This document shows, one piece after another, positions 1 through 10,119 of a DNA stretch of 34,182 bases. Both the position numbers and the translations under genes were made by a program. A model generated the notes under the pieces. That model made no database searches. It had not been told where the DNA came from and saw only the letters and a list, made by a program, of their open reading frames with translations. Source of the DNA: a virus. Lineage: Duplodnaviria; Caudoviricetes. Each line of letters starts with the position of its first letter. Positions within the stretch are counted from its first letter, which is position 1. The DNA lies in IMG/VR virus record IMGVR_UViG_3300037125_000003, positions 1 through 34,182 of that record; one strand, written 5' to 3'.

Positions 1-1157
1 TTACCTTCTTTTTCAGCGAGACCCCATATCCGAGTAGCCTCTTCGGGGAAAGACTGTAAAAACTCAGTCCCCCCTTCTGCTAAAGCTGCCCCTAAAAAAG
101 ATTTTATTATATTTTTAGTACCTGTTGTTTTAAAAGCACTCATTAACTTTGATAATGGTATAAGCTCTAATGCACCCTGGATTGTAGCATTAGCAAAAGC
201 AGCGGTAGCAGCACGTTCGGGTGTAACCTCCTGGTCGCTTAACTCTCCGTATGTTGTACCGAAAATATAACTACCTATAAAAGTACCACCGGCTAAAGTA
301 CCACCCAAACCCGCAGACCCTATAGTCCCTGCTAACTGTGGTAGCATTTCAACAAAATCATAAGCATATTTACTAAACCCTGTCTCATCTAATGCCTTTC
401 CAGGGCGTAATAAATCACTTTTACGAGCATCCTTATATGAGTCTATCATTCCTTGCCTGTTTTCCTCTCCTAATGCTAATTGCACCATAGCAAGAGGTCT
501 CAATACCGGAGAACTTAACATACCTTTTATCAATACCCCGTCTTCTTTTATTGAGTCATTAATAAGTTCCTGGGTAGCCTGTATACCAGCAAATCCACTT
601 CTCACCAAACTCTTAGTACCCTGTTTTAACTGATACCATGATTTATTAATCCAAGACGAATTATTTAAAATATGATGCTCTATATTCCTAAGACCCTCTA
701 CGTCGTCTTTAGCAAGCTCCATTTTCTCAGGATTAGATAACCAAGACAAAGTATAAGGGTATTTAAAATTACCTTTATCATCCCTTTCAGTGAGCATATT
801 TATAACATTTTTAGCTTCTGCAATACCCTCAACTTTAGCAACATTTCTTTGCACAGTATCTTTAGGCATTTTTGTTATATTAACTAACTTATTAACCTTC
901 GCTGCTACATCAGGACTTATACCTTTTGTCTTTAACAGCGACCATTCTAAATTGCCTTTTGAAACACGCATAGCGTTTTCAAGGTCTCCGGTTTCTATAA
1001 CGGTATTCTCAATCTCAGGTTTCTTATAATTAGGTATCTCAACGTCGCTAGGTAAAGTTTCTTTAGGCGCGTTAAGAGAACCTACACGCGTTAAACTTAC
1101 ACCTGTATCTTTGTCAGCAGTATCATTATTAAGCGTATCAATTCTTTCAAGTTCCAT
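1..1157 (-). CDS. Large internal virion (ejection) protein, N-terminal part; runs off the window edge
   Basis: Not in ORF track (no stop in window). ATG at 1157 overlaps upstream stop (TAATG). Reads MELERIDTLNNDTADK...YPYTLSWLSNPEKMELAKDDVEGLRNIE... Position after two other ejection-type genes. Confidence 0.7.
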   Translation of the reverse strand, partial: MELERIDTLNNDTADKDTGVSLTRVGSLNAPKETLPSDVEIPNYKKPEIENTVIETGDLENAMRVSKGNLEWSLLKTKGISPDVAAKVNKLVNITKMPKDTVQRNVAKVEGIAEAKNVINMLTERDDKGNFKYPYTLSWLSNPEKMELAKDDVEGLRNIEHHILNNSSWINKSWYQLKQGTKSLVRSGFAGIQATQELINDSIKEDGVLIKGMLSSPVLRPLAMVQLALGEENRQGMIDSYKDARKSDLLRPGKALDETGFSKYAYDFVEMLPQLAGTIGSAGLGGTLAGGTFIGSYIFGTTYGELSDQEVTPERAATAAFANATIQGALELIPLSKLMSAFKTTGTKNIIKSFLGAALAEGGTEFLQSFPEEATRIWGLAEKEG

Positions 1158-2854
1158 TATTCACCCTCATTATCCTCTACGGTAACAACCTTTTTATCAG
1201 GAGTCTTAAACCGGTAAATACCCCAAGCTCCCCCGCCCTCCGGCGCATATAAAAGCTTTTCACCTTTATCATTTACATTTATATAACCTCTTATGTTTTT
1301 ACCGTCTACGGTGTAATCAACCCACTCCGCACCGTCCGGTAACCCAACCGGCCTGTCATCAGGTTTTCCGGTTTTACCTTGCTGTTTCATCTTCCAATAA
1401 GGGGTATCCCAAAAATCGCCGTTTACATCCATTTCCATAAACATAGTATCTTTAATCTTATTAAGCTCAGTTATAGATTTACGTTTTTCAGGAGGAAGGT
1501 TATTTACCTCTTCCTCAAATTTCTGTCTTAAATATAAAGCGCCGTCTATATCATCTTTATCAACTGCGCTCTTAACTACCTGGTTAATGACGGAACTTAA
1601 AGATTGAACCTCGGTAAAAGCTCTTGAGTCCCTTTGCATTTTTGATAACTGTTTTATATCAGCGGGACTTATCCTACTTAAATACTTATCCTCTTTAAGA
1701 TTTATCTTAACCAGTTCAGACTTTGGCAAATTAGTAAGTTCAAGCCAAAGTTTCATATCCGTTTTTATTTTCTTACCTATGCCTTTATCTGCTTTAGCGT
1801 CATCTATAAGTTTCCTTTTCCAGTTATATAACTGTGATTGCTGTTTAGCTGGTAAAGAATAAGGGATTTTATAATTTTCAGGGTCTTTTGCGCATTTATC
1901 AAACTCAGCCTCAAAAACTTCCCTTGCGTATAGCTCATCAGCGTCATTCTTATCTTTTTCTTTTTGATTAACAAGTTTTCTTGTAAGAGCCTGTTTTTCA
2001 GGGTCTTTAATTTTATTAACGGACTCTAATTGCTTATCTATAGGCATACCACTAGCAGCGAGATAATTAGCCATTTCCTCAGAGTCTTCTTGCACACTCA
2101 TCTTTTCTATAGTCTTTTTCATTTTATCGCGTGTTCTAGGGTCAAATTTATCCCAATTATCATTCATATACTTGATTGCTTTATTAGGAGACACGGAAGC
2201 TACAGCCTCCGCAATATTGCTATGTAGGTTGTTAACAGCCTCAGAAACTTTAGCATCTTCTATATCCTTACCAAAAACAGAATACTGACTGCGTACATTA
2301 TTTTCTATATCTAATTCTGCCTCTTTAACAAGATTAGGATTATCATAACTTGATATAGCTTTTTTTATAGCGGTGTTATTCTGTGCGTCTTTTGTCGCAT
2401 TATCGTAATCCAAAGTAGCTTTATATTCATACCTACTAAGTTCCTCAGCATATCGTTTAGCAGTAGAATCAAAAGACGCTGCAAACATTTCTTTTTGGTT
2501 CTTTTTCATTTCTTTGGTTATTTCGTTACGGTATTTATTTACCTCGCTCTGAAAATTAGTTGTAAGACCCATAACGTCCTTACCTTTACGGGACATAAAA
2601 TCTTGTTTCAAATTTAGTAAATGCTCATCACCTTTACGTACCTCATCCCTTACAAAAGCTTTAGACTGAGTTACCGCTACACGGGCTAAGGTATTTGCTG
2701 TTTCGCTTAAAGCACTACCAAAATTTGAAAGGTCTCTGGCTTGCTGCCCTCCAAAATCATCGGCGGTAACATTTATATTATGCCTTTCAGATACACCACG
2801 TCCACCACCAACTTGTTGCTTAACTTGATTTCTTAAAACAGGTACTTTAGGCAT
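1157..2854 (-). CDS. Internal virion/ejection protein (T7 gp15-position analogue)
   Basis: 565 aa, helical; MPKVP N-terminus typical of these proteins; synteny after nozzle, GNAT-like and gp14-like genes. Confidence 0.6.
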   Translation of the reverse strand: MPKVPVLRNQVKQQVGGGRGVSERHNINVTADDFGGQQARDLSNFGSALSETANTLARVAVTQSKAFVRDEVRKGDEHLLNLKQDFMSRKGKDVMGLTTNFQSEVNKYRNEITKEMKKNQKEMFAASFDSTAKRYAEELSRYEYKATLDYDNATKDAQNNTAIKKAISSYDNPNLVKEAELDIENNVRSQYSVFGKDIEDAKVSEAVNNLHSNIAEAVASVSPNKAIKYMNDNWDKFDPRTRDKMKKTIEKMSVQEDSEEMANYLAASGMPIDKQLESVNKIKDPEKQALTRKLVNQKEKDKNDADELYAREVFEAEFDKCAKDPENYKIPYSLPAKQQSQLYNWKRKLIDDAKADKGIGKKIKTDMKLWLELTNLPKSELVKINLKEDKYLSRISPADIKQLSKMQRDSRAFTEVQSLSSVINQVVKSAVDKDDIDGALYLRQKFEEEVNNLPPEKRKSITELNKIKDTMFMEMDVNGDFWDTPYWKMKQQGKTGKPDDRPVGLPDGAEWVDYTVDGKNIRGYINVNDKGEKLLYAPEGGGAWGIYRFKTPDKKVVTVEDNEGE

Positions 2855-2855
2855 A

Positions 2856-3422
2856 TTAGAATACCCCCTGTGAACTTAAATTAAAATATTGCTGAGTTAA
2901 TTGGTTAGCCCCTGTCAACACAGTAGAACCTATCTGTAACCCTGGGTCATACTCTTTTTCCTTCAAAAATTTAGCAGCATTTCTGTACTCTTCTGCTTGA
3001 GTCCTATACCCTTTAGCTACGTCCTGGTATTCCTCGGATTGTAACTTAGCATTATATCGTATTGTAAGTGCGTCATCCTCGCCCTGACGTCTTGTATCAA
3101 TCATAGTCTCTAATGCAGAACCAGAAGATACCGAAACGCCGGAAGCTGCATATGCCGATTTCTGAGACCCTCGCATTTCTTCAATAGCTTGTCTAAATTT
3201 ATTTTCTTCTTTATATCCGGCTCTTACAGACAACGACGCTAAACGTTCTGCCTTATCAGCCTGTTCTTCCGCTAAAATCGAATTTCTGTAATACTGGTCT
3301 GCTTTGTATAGGGCTGCCTCTTTTTGAGCATCAGCCTGTTTTTTAGCAGCATAAGCCTTTACCCCTGTACCTATCGCGGTTGACGCTATAGCCCCTATTC
3401 CTAATGCTACCTCTATACCCAT
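2856..3422 (-). CDS. Internal virion protein (gp14-like)
   Basis: Gly/Ala-rich hydrophobic N-terminus, coiled coil, GSQKSAYAASGVSVSSGSAL motif typical of podovirus gp14-like proteins. Confidence 0.7.
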   Translation of the reverse strand: MGIEVALGIGAIASTAIGTGVKAYAAKKQADAQKEAALYKADQYYRNSILAEEQADKAERLASLSVRAGYKEENKFRQAIEEMRGSQKSAYAASGVSVSSGSALETMIDTRRQGEDDALTIRYNAKLQSEEYQDVAKGYRTQAEEYRNAAKFLKEKEYDPGLQIGSTVLTGANQLTQQYFNLSSQGVF

Positions 3423-3425
3423 ATC

Positions 3426-3890
3426 CTAACCCCCTAATACTGCATACCTGTATACGGTATTTTGAACACCAATAATTTTTTTATCTTGAATCTTAAAACC
3501 AAGCCATTTATGCCAGGCTAAAGATATTTTATCATTTTCGTCTACCAACCCGACCAACTTATCAAACTTAGATTTAAGCGCTTGCAGAACTTTTATACTA
3601 CCACGTGCTACACTTAATCTATTATCGTATATAACGTCGGTAGCAACCATCCAAGTAAAACCTGTTACGTTAAGTTTTGAGTAACTTTCCACACCGAAAC
3701 ATATAAAAGGAACGTCGTCTAATAAAACAACCCATGACAAAATTGAACCGTCAAAACGTGTTTGTAACAGGCTGTTTACGTCCCCACCGCTATACTTAAC
3801 AGCGAAGGACACATCAGAAGTACGGAGCTTACCTTTTAGGTAATCAATGTGTTCCTGTTCAGCATTTACTAAATCAATCTTCCTCTTCAT
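3426..3890 (-). CDS. GNAT-fold virion assembly protein (T7 gp13-like)
   Basis: V-D-E-N...SLAWHKWLGF motif; sits immediately after nozzle. Confidence 0.65.
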   Translation of the reverse strand: MKRKIDLVNAEQEHIDYLKGKLRTSDVSFAVKYSGGDVNSLLQTRFDGSILSWVVLLDDVPFICFGVESYSKLNVTGFTWMVATDVIYDNRLSVARGSIKVLQALKSKFDKLVGLVDENDKISLAWHKWLGFKIQDKKIIGVQNTVYRYAVLGG

Positions 3891-6453
3891 CTACTAACCT
3901 CGGTGTTAATGTTAATATAGTCAACGGTAAAGGGTCGGTATTCCTAACAAATAAACGCCCTTCTTTTGAATCGCCGTTATCTATTGAAACCTCTTTTATA
4001 CCGGAAAATAGTTCCGTAGGTTGGTCGTAGTCTTCATTTTCTCTAAACCATACCTCGTATAAATCATCCTCACATGTGCCTATCTGTATCGCCCTGGTAT
4101 CTCTGACCCGAACAGCCACAGAAGGTATAGTACGTTCTTTATCTTGCACCGTATCGTCGCCCTCAGTAGCATATTCAAAATCAAGAGTTTCAATATCAGA
4201 GGTATAACCAAGACCTACATGTACTCTCGACGCTCTTGTATTTAATGTGATAGACCCTCCGGTTACTACCTTGCCACTTACCACGTTACCGTCAGCGAGT
4301 ATCTTTACAGTTTCACCCTCTAAATGGTCTAATCCTGCCAAAGTAAGATAGGCTTTTCTAACCTTTCCACCCTGGGAATACGCAGTAAATTCAGAACTAT
4401 CAATATCGTTACCGTCCTGGTCTTGTAGCGAGAAATTATTTCCGGCTGCATTAGCAACCTTAAATCTTAAATTATTAATTTCTGTCATTCCCTCGACTTC
4501 GACTATATCTACATAATCACCGTTGCTATAAGGATGCCCGACAACAGTAAGGACACAAGGGTCAGCTTGTGAAACATTACTAATGTCGTAAGGGTCATCG
4601 AGAGAAAGTCCGTCATCAACAAAGTACGAATCTTTAACGTCTGTAACATAATCATCCCTCACTGAAAGTCTTGGCATAAATTTTTCTATATGCTTAACGG
4701 TAGACCCGTTTATCTCACGTTCAACAACGACGTAAACCTCATCAACGCCCCCCGCTGTTCTTATACAAGATATGGATTTAAACTTACCGTTTGTTTCGTG
4801 TCTATGCCAGCCCCAAATTTGTTGTTCTTTAAAATATGTCAATCCTAATAATGTCCCGTCGTTTCTGACAGCCCATATAATAGAATCTGGATTTTGCTGA
4901 TAACACCATTCGACTATATTATAATCCCTAAATAAATGTTCAGCAAATATACAAAGGTTTTCACCCGTATAGTCATCGGAATCGTAACTATACCCTAAGT
5001 CACGTATAACGTTACCTGATGTCTCAATAAATAAAACTTTATTACCAATTTTAAGAGGTCTTACATTAGCACAGCCCCATTGACTTTGACGTTTAGCGTC
5101 TACACTTGTCTGCGTTATAGAACTATCCCCTGACCCTGGTCGCACCCTCCACTCACCACTTGAAGTAAGAAGTATTAAATCCTCTAAAGGTATAATCCAA
5201 CGTACCTCATTAACCTGTTCAGCGTTAAGAGTAAATTCGTAAGAGTCATCGTCTTTATTAGGAATAGATATATTAAAATTGTCAAACGCTGCTATGACCG
5301 ACCCAAAAAAAGTTTGAGGCGCATTATTAGGTCTGGCGTACACAAGACGCTGTTCAAAAAATTCCCCTACACCTGGGTAGTTACCAGCCCCGCTAAAAGG
5401 GTTATTATTTTGTGGAGGTACTTTAGTATAATCAGGGGTAATACTCGAAGCTTCCGTAAAACTGTTTGTTGAGGCTTGACCTATAAAGCCATATACTCCA
5501 CACAAAAACCAGTCTTTATAAACATTGTAATATATCGCACCGGATACAACAGTCCAAGTCAAAGTATTAGTAGGAGCGCCCTCTTCCGCTACAGAAGCCA
5601 CAGACTCTTCGCCCAACGCATTAACCGCAGTAACCACATAGTTATTACCCGTACCACCCATAGACGGGCTTGCCGGCGCTGCGATACCAGCGCCTATAGT
5701 AACAACGCTTATAGTCCATATATCATGTGCAGTTCTTGTGATTTTACGTTGCTGATACGACGGATGTGTCAAATACAAAGTATCAAAACTCTGTGTAAAC
5801 TTAACAAGAGGTAAATCAGCCTCGTCGTAAGGTAACGCCAATTCAAATATATAACCAGCTTCAAGGTATCCGTCAGCTTTTGAATCAGGGTCACTATTAT
5901 CGGAAAGCCGTACATAAATTGTACTGTAACCTAAACTATCGTTATCCCCGTATGCGTATTCTCCCGCAGCCAAAGACCCTAAAGTACCCTCTGACATAGT
6001 AGTATCCGCACCCCCTACGTCTTCATAAACGTATTCAGGTTCATCAAGTCCTGGGCCACCACCAGCGTCAAGCTCAAGATAATATTCGTTTGTACCACTC
6101 CCTGATGCAGTCCATTTATAAGTACCAGACTTTACAATATCAGTACCCGCCCCTGCGGACTCTATAACAAGCGCACCGTCCATAATAACACGCATACACT
6201 GGTCGCTAAACTCAAGCTCATACGCCTGAACTACCGAAAATTGAAAAGGTATTAATCTTACTACACCGCTGTTACTTTTCGCATTAGCTATAAATTGCGT
6301 ACCACCACGATTAGAAACCCCACCGTGAGGATGCGCAAAAAAGTTTTTCATAAGCCGTACAGCGGTAGCGTACTTTTCTAAATCCGTCCTACCATAAAGA
6401 GAAGGTGACCACTCACCGCCTACAAAATTTAATTGTGGTACTGATTTTGACAT
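3874..6453 (-). CDS. Tail tubular protein B / nozzle
   Basis: NFVGGEWSPSLYGRTDL start, HGGVSNRGGT, RLIPFQFS, WGWHRHET, HVGLGY, PLPLTIL end; 859 aa. Confidence 0.9.
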   Translation of the reverse strand: MSKSVPQLNFVGGEWSPSLYGRTDLEKYATAVRLMKNFFAHPHGGVSNRGGTQFIANAKSNSGVVRLIPFQFSVVQAYELEFSDQCMRVIMDGALVIESAGAGTDIVKSGTYKWTASGSGTNEYYLELDAGGGPGLDEPEYVYEDVGGADTTMSEGTLGSLAAGEYAYGDNDSLGYSTIYVRLSDNSDPDSKADGYLEAGYIFELALPYDEADLPLVKFTQSFDTLYLTHPSYQQRKITRTAHDIWTISVVTIGAGIAAPASPSMGGTGNNYVVTAVNALGEESVASVAEEGAPTNTLTWTVVSGAIYYNVYKDWFLCGVYGFIGQASTNSFTEASSITPDYTKVPPQNNNPFSGAGNYPGVGEFFEQRLVYARPNNAPQTFFGSVIAAFDNFNISIPNKDDDSYEFTLNAEQVNEVRWIIPLEDLILLTSSGEWRVRPGSGDSSITQTSVDAKRQSQWGCANVRPLKIGNKVLFIETSGNVIRDLGYSYDSDDYTGENLCIFAEHLFRDYNIVEWCYQQNPDSIIWAVRNDGTLLGLTYFKEQQIWGWHRHETNGKFKSISCIRTAGGVDEVYVVVEREINGSTVKHIEKFMPRLSVRDDYVTDVKDSYFVDDGLSLDDPYDISNVSQADPCVLTVVGHPYSNGDYVDIVEVEGMTEINNLRFKVANAAGNNFSLQDQDGNDIDSSEFTAYSQGGKVRKAYLTLAGLDHLEGETVKILADGNVVSGKVVTGGSITLNTRASRVHVGLGYTSDIETLDFEYATEGDDTVQDKERTIPSVAVRVRDTRAIQIGTCEDDLYEVWFRENEDYDQPTELFSGIKEVSIDNGDSKEGRLFVRNTDPLPLTILTLTPRLVDEEED

Positions 6454-7091
6454 TAATACCTAGACCTCACAAATGAATTTATAACCTCTGGCTTTTTCTC
6501 ATCCTCATTAGAATCCAAAGCCCTCGCATGTTCTATGAAAGCCATATATGAACCTAACATAGCTTGCTGTAGCTTTAAACTAGCCTTAATAGGATACGCC
6601 AACTCTGACGCTAATTTAAAAGCCAAAGCCTCAACAAAATTAGCATCAAATAAATTAGTATCTGTTATCCTAGCTGTGTATCTTAATTCTGCGTCTTCTT
6701 TGTTGGTTAAAATATAAACTCGGTTTTTATTCTCATTGGTTGCTTTTTTGAATTGAATAGGCTTAAAAGGTATATTCCTATTTCTATCCGTATCAATATC
6801 ATAAGATGTTCCGGTATTTACATAGTTATCTTTAAGTATTTCTCTCGCTGCAAGACAATCCGAGGGGTATTGGTATACATACTCCCACCCCGTAAATGTA
6901 TCTGTAGTAAGTGCTAAATCCTGGGTCTTACTCGCAAAACCCCAATCATGCGCCCTTAATACTGCGTCTCTTACTTCATCAAAAATCTTTTTACACTCTT
7001 TAGCCTCTCTACTTACACCGTCTATACTTTGTATATTTCTACCGCGTATTTTTGCTAAAGCCATATTACAAATTTTAACTTTACTTGCCAT
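6453..7091 (-). CDS. Tail tubular protein A / head-tail adaptor
   Basis: ICNMALAKI, LRAHDWGFA, YQYPSDCL, FVEALAFKLA motifs. Start revised to ATG 7091 (GGAGGG SD at 7100-7105). Confidence 0.85.
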   Translation of the reverse strand: MASKVKICNMALAKIRGRNIQSIDGVSREAKECKKIFDEVRDAVLRAHDWGFASKTQDLALTTDTFTGWEYVYQYPSDCLAAREILKDNYVNTGTSYDIDTDRNRNIPFKPIQFKKATNENKNRVYILTNKEDAELRYTARITDTNLFDANFVEALAFKLASELAYPIKASLKLQQAMLGSYMAFIEHARALDSNEDEKKPEVINSFVRSRY

Positions 7092-7104
7092 AAAAACAGC
7101 CCTC

Positions 7105-7136
7105 CATAAAAATATAAGGGGCAATTAAGCCCCTTA
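7105..7136 (-). terminator. Intrinsic terminator after head genes
   Basis: TAAGGGGC/GCCCCTTA stem (7115-7122, 7129-7136) followed by TATTTTT on minus strand. Confidence 0.7.
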
Positions 7137-7139
7137 CAG

Positions 7140-7379
7140 TTAGTTATTTTCGGCTGGTGTATCACCCTGGTTTTCGTCATTATCAGGAATATTAAATGTA
7201 TCTCTTACCTTTTTCAATACCGGTAAGACGATTATATCGTCGATTTTATTAGGTGTTTTCTCAACTGCGTTTTCTATCTTATCAATAGCCTTATCTACAC
7301 CCTCGATAACTTTGTCCTTTGGGAATACTTCACATAGCCCCTCTACTATTTTACCTATTACCTTTTCAAACATACCCAT
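7140..7379 (-). CDS. Hypothetical protein
   Basis: 79 aa ORF with GGGAGG SD, within late operon. Confidence 0.7.
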   Translation of the reverse strand: MGMFEKVIGKIVEGLCEVFPKDKVIEGVDKAIDKIENAVEKTPNKIDDIIVLPVLKKVRDTFNIPDNDENQGDTPAENN

Positions 7380-7403
7380 AATAAATTTTCCTCCCGTTAA
7401 AAT

Positions 7404-7652
7404 TTACGATAGAAGGTCTGACTCACTATCAACGTCGCCAATCAACATAGCTCTTGCCTCTCTATTTTGAAGCTCAAGCAGCGTCTTAGGTTCTTCTATC
7501 TGTGGTTTTTGTTTAGAACTCCTGGCAGCCCCACCGTTTACCTCTGAAAAATGATGTGGTACTACCTCACCAGGTTTGGAAGCCAGGGGTTCCCCTGGCT
7601 TCCAACGCCTATCTCTAAAGTAACACTCTGTATCACAAATATAATTAGGCAT
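7404..7652 (-). CDS. Small head-module protein (probable virion-associated)
   Basis: 82 aa directly after cement gene; N-terminal NYICxxxC...GEPL...VPxHF domain. Confidence 0.65.
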   Translation of the reverse strand: MPNYICDTECYFRDRRWKPGEPLASKPGEVVPHHFSEVNGGAARSSKQKPQIEEPKTLLELQNREARAMLIGDVDSESDLLS

Positions 7653-7667
7653 CCTGTTATGTCCCCC

Positions 7668-8075
7668 TTACCCGTTTGTCTGAGTATTAATTAGGAGACC
7701 AGCAGTTATTTTACCGGCAGAAGGTGTACCAACAACGGTGTAATACGCTCTAAGATACCTTTTGCTCAGCAAGGGTAAAACCCTACCTAACTTAAATTTA
7801 TAACCCTGGACGAGACTTGCAACCGCTATAGCGTCAGAACTAACAAGAGTTGTAGGGTCTCCAAAGTCTTCGTCATCATCTTCCTGTATAGAAACAGCTA
7901 CGCTTGTTCCTTCCGCAAAATCTTCCTCAGTAACCTGAACAAGTAACTCTGCGTTTCTCTCATTCAAGTCTTGAACTTTGGAATCATCCGCGCCCAGGTC
8001 GATTACGTTTGTACTAGCAACTGACTCGGTTACCGCCTGGTCGTCGCTAAAAAGGTTTTGTTTATCTAACAACAT
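7668..8075 (-). CDS. Capsid cement/decoration protein (Bbp16-like)
   Basis: MLLDKQNLFSDDQAVT...STNVIDLG...RYLRAYYTV..GKITAG; directly after MCP. Confidence 0.85.
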   Translation of the reverse strand: MLLDKQNLFSDDQAVTESVASTNVIDLGADDSKVQDLNERNAELLVQVTEEDFAEGTSVAVSIQEDDDEDFGDPTTLVSSDAIAVASLVQGYKFKLGRVLPLLSKRYLRAYYTVVGTPSAGKITAGLLINTQTNG

Positions 8076-8097
8076 AATCTATACCCTCCTTTTTAGA

Positions 8098-9099
8098 TTA
8101 GCTTACTGCGGACTCTGTATCTAACAGAGCGTCGCATCGTTTCACGGGTATTGTTCTAAAAGTAAGAACTTCCTCACCGTGCGGAGTCATCCTGTAGGAT
8201 ACTCTCATGTTATTCTGGCTAAGAGTTTGAAGGTCAAGATAAGTTTCTACAGTCTCGTTAACGTAGAATACTAATTTACCTCGTCTCTTTGACGGAATTT
8301 TATGAAGCGCCTTAATCATGCACTTAATAAGATTAGCACCAGCACTTACAGTACCGTCGTCAGACTGCAATAAGGATACGTCGATGTTAGCAATTCTTAC
8401 TACATATCTCCAATCCCTAAGAGTCAAACCAATATCCCATTTATAATGAGTTCGGTAACCCTGGTACATACCTCCGGCTGTATCCGTCAAGGTTACTTCA
8501 CCCAGGTTTTGACTATGCAATCCTGTCTTTTTACCTTTAGGGAATATACCGTGTACGGTAGTTTCGCCCCACGCTATCAACCAAACAGAAGTGTTATCAG
8601 AACCAGTACCTCCACCGTTTATAATATTACCGCCGTTTTCAGCAGTAGTGCTATTATAACGAGGGGAAAGCCCTAGAAACTTCTCAGGGTCGGTATCTGT
8701 GTTACCATAAAATAACGTACTCGCCATTTCCTGAGACATAGCCTCTAAAAATGCTTTGTCCTCTGACAACCTAAATTCGGCTGTGTTTCCGTTTAAGTCG
8801 GCCAAATCTTTATCTACCTCTGCATACGCTTCGAGCATACCGATAGTATCAGTGACCTGTACCGTCCTTGATTTACTAGGCTGAACGCCGTAGTTTAACA
8901 TTCTCCATGCAACTGTAGGCAATCCTGACCTAATGGTCGTTTTATGACCTGTAGGCAAATTACCTTCTACAAACGGCATATCGTCGAGAATGTAATTAGT
9001 CTCATTAAGGATTTCAACAATTTTCGCTACTTTCTTGTTGTCATCCATTCGTCTCGCCCAATCACTGAGCGATAACTTTGTCGCATTAATTGTAGTCAT
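8098..9099 (-). CDS. Major capsid protein (Bbp17-like, HK97 fold)
   Basis: LSDWARR, EGNLPTGH, RLSEDKAFLEAM, FLGLSPRY, DWRYVVRIANID motifs; 333 aa. Confidence 0.92.
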   Translation of the reverse strand: MTTINATKLSLSDWARRMDDNKKVAKIVEILNETNYILDDMPFVEGNLPTGHKTTIRSGLPTVAWRMLNYGVQPSKSRTVQVTDTIGMLEAYAEVDKDLADLNGNTAEFRLSEDKAFLEAMSQEMASTLFYGNTDTDPEKFLGLSPRYNSTTAENGGNIINGGGTGSDNTSVWLIAWGETTVHGIFPKGKKTGLHSQNLGEVTLTDTAGGMYQGYRTHYKWDIGLTLRDWRYVVRIANIDVSLLQSDDGTVSAGANLIKCMIKALHKIPSKRRGKLVFYVNETVETYLDLQTLSQNNMRVSYRMTPHGEEVLTFRTIPVKRCDALLDTESAVS

Positions 9100-9118
9100 G
9101 CTTTAATTCCCCCTTGAT

Positions 9119-9784
9119 TTATTTTTTCTCTTTTCCCTGGTCAGGGTATAAAACCTCGGCTGCGCTTTTTTCTTCGTCGCCGATACCTAAGCCTTCAACT
9201 ACTTTGTCCTCGCTAAAAGCTTTATGAATCCTTATAAGCATTTTTGCTAAACCAGGATTATCACCATACCCTGTAAGGTCTAGGAACTCAGCCATATCGA
9301 AATCAGCAAATTTCTTAATAACTGCTTTGCATTTAAGGACATTCTCGTCGTAATTCTTACCGCCAAACTCTTTGTCCTCTTTAAGTTCCTTTTCCCAATC
9401 CTTCCTTACCTGAACCCAATCGTCGCGTTGCTGTTTCTCAACAGCCCCTACAACGTCGTCATAAAGACCCGTAAGTTTGTCCGCTTTTTCCTGTTCAGTC
9501 CCTTCAAAATTAATAAAATCGGTAAACTTAGCCGAAAGCTCATCACTTACCGAAACACCTTCTTTGAAATTAAACTTAAACGAACCTTTAGGGTCGTCGC
9601 CCTTTGGGTCATCACCTTTTGGGTCATCACCTTTAGGGTCGTCGCCCTTTGGGTCATCACCTTTTGGGTCATCACCTTTAGGGTCGTCGCCCTTTGGGTC
9701 ATCACCTTTTGGGTCTTTTGGGTCATCCCCGCCAGTGTCATCTTTAGGGTCAACCGTTTTTAAATCATCATCTTCACCAGGCAT
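9119..9784 (-). CDS. Scaffolding protein
   Basis: Acidic low-complexity N-terminus; DKEFGG, TGYGDNP, SED, AEVLYP C-terminus; directly before MCP. Confidence 0.8.
   Translation of the reverse strand: MPGEDDDLKTVDPKDDTGGDDPKDPKGDDPKGDDPKGDDPKGDDPKGDDPKGDDPKGDDPKGDDPKGSFKFNFKEGVSVSDELSAKFTDFINFEGTEQEKADKLTGLYDDVVGAVEKQQRDDWVQVRKDWEKELKEDKEFGGKNYDENVLKCKAVIKKFADFDMAEFLDLTGYGDNPGLAKMLIRIHKAFSEDKVVEGLGIGDEEKSAAEVLYPDQGKEKK
9584..9728 (-). repeat. 15-bp coding tandem repeat (GDDPK x8) with 45-bp higher-order period
   Basis: ACCTTTAGGGTCGTCGCCCTTTGGGTCATCACCTTTTGGGTCATC at 9584 and 9629, partial at 9674. Confidence 0.95.
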
Positions 9785-9786
9785 AA

Positions 9787-10119
9787 TTAATCCTCCCCTT
9801 GTTCTAAATTAACCAGTAATTCTGGTATTTTATTTTTATCAGCTATCTGAACATCAGTAAGAAGCCAAAGCCCTATATTCCTTTCACCTTCCCTAAAATA
9901 TGTTTCTGAATTGCCCGTATACGTTGTACGGAAAAGATGAGTCCGGTTAAAGACCCTTTTAAAAAATCGCATCCCTGCGGGAGTTTTAAGGATTGTGCGA
10001 ACATCCTCAATCTCTTGTTCGCGTTCAATCTTATTCTTTTTCTCAGCAGCAGCGACCTTGCTCTTATCACTTGCATTGTGACCTGACACAGATAACCCCT
10101 TGTGTGTCTGAAATGACAC
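9787..10119 (-). CDS. Bbp19-like head-module protein
   Basis: EDVRTILKTPAGMRF...TYFREGERNIGL motif; start uncertain. Confidence 0.75.
   Translation of the reverse strand: MSFQTHKGLSVSGHNASDKSKVAAAEKKNKIEREQEIEDVRTILKTPAGMRFFKRVFNRTHLFRTTYTGNSETYFREGERNIGLWLLTDVQIADKNKIPELLVNLEQGED

Noticed and set aside
9428-9812. Alternative-frame ORFs over the scaffold repeat
   Set aside because: By-products of a stop-free 15-bp repeat.
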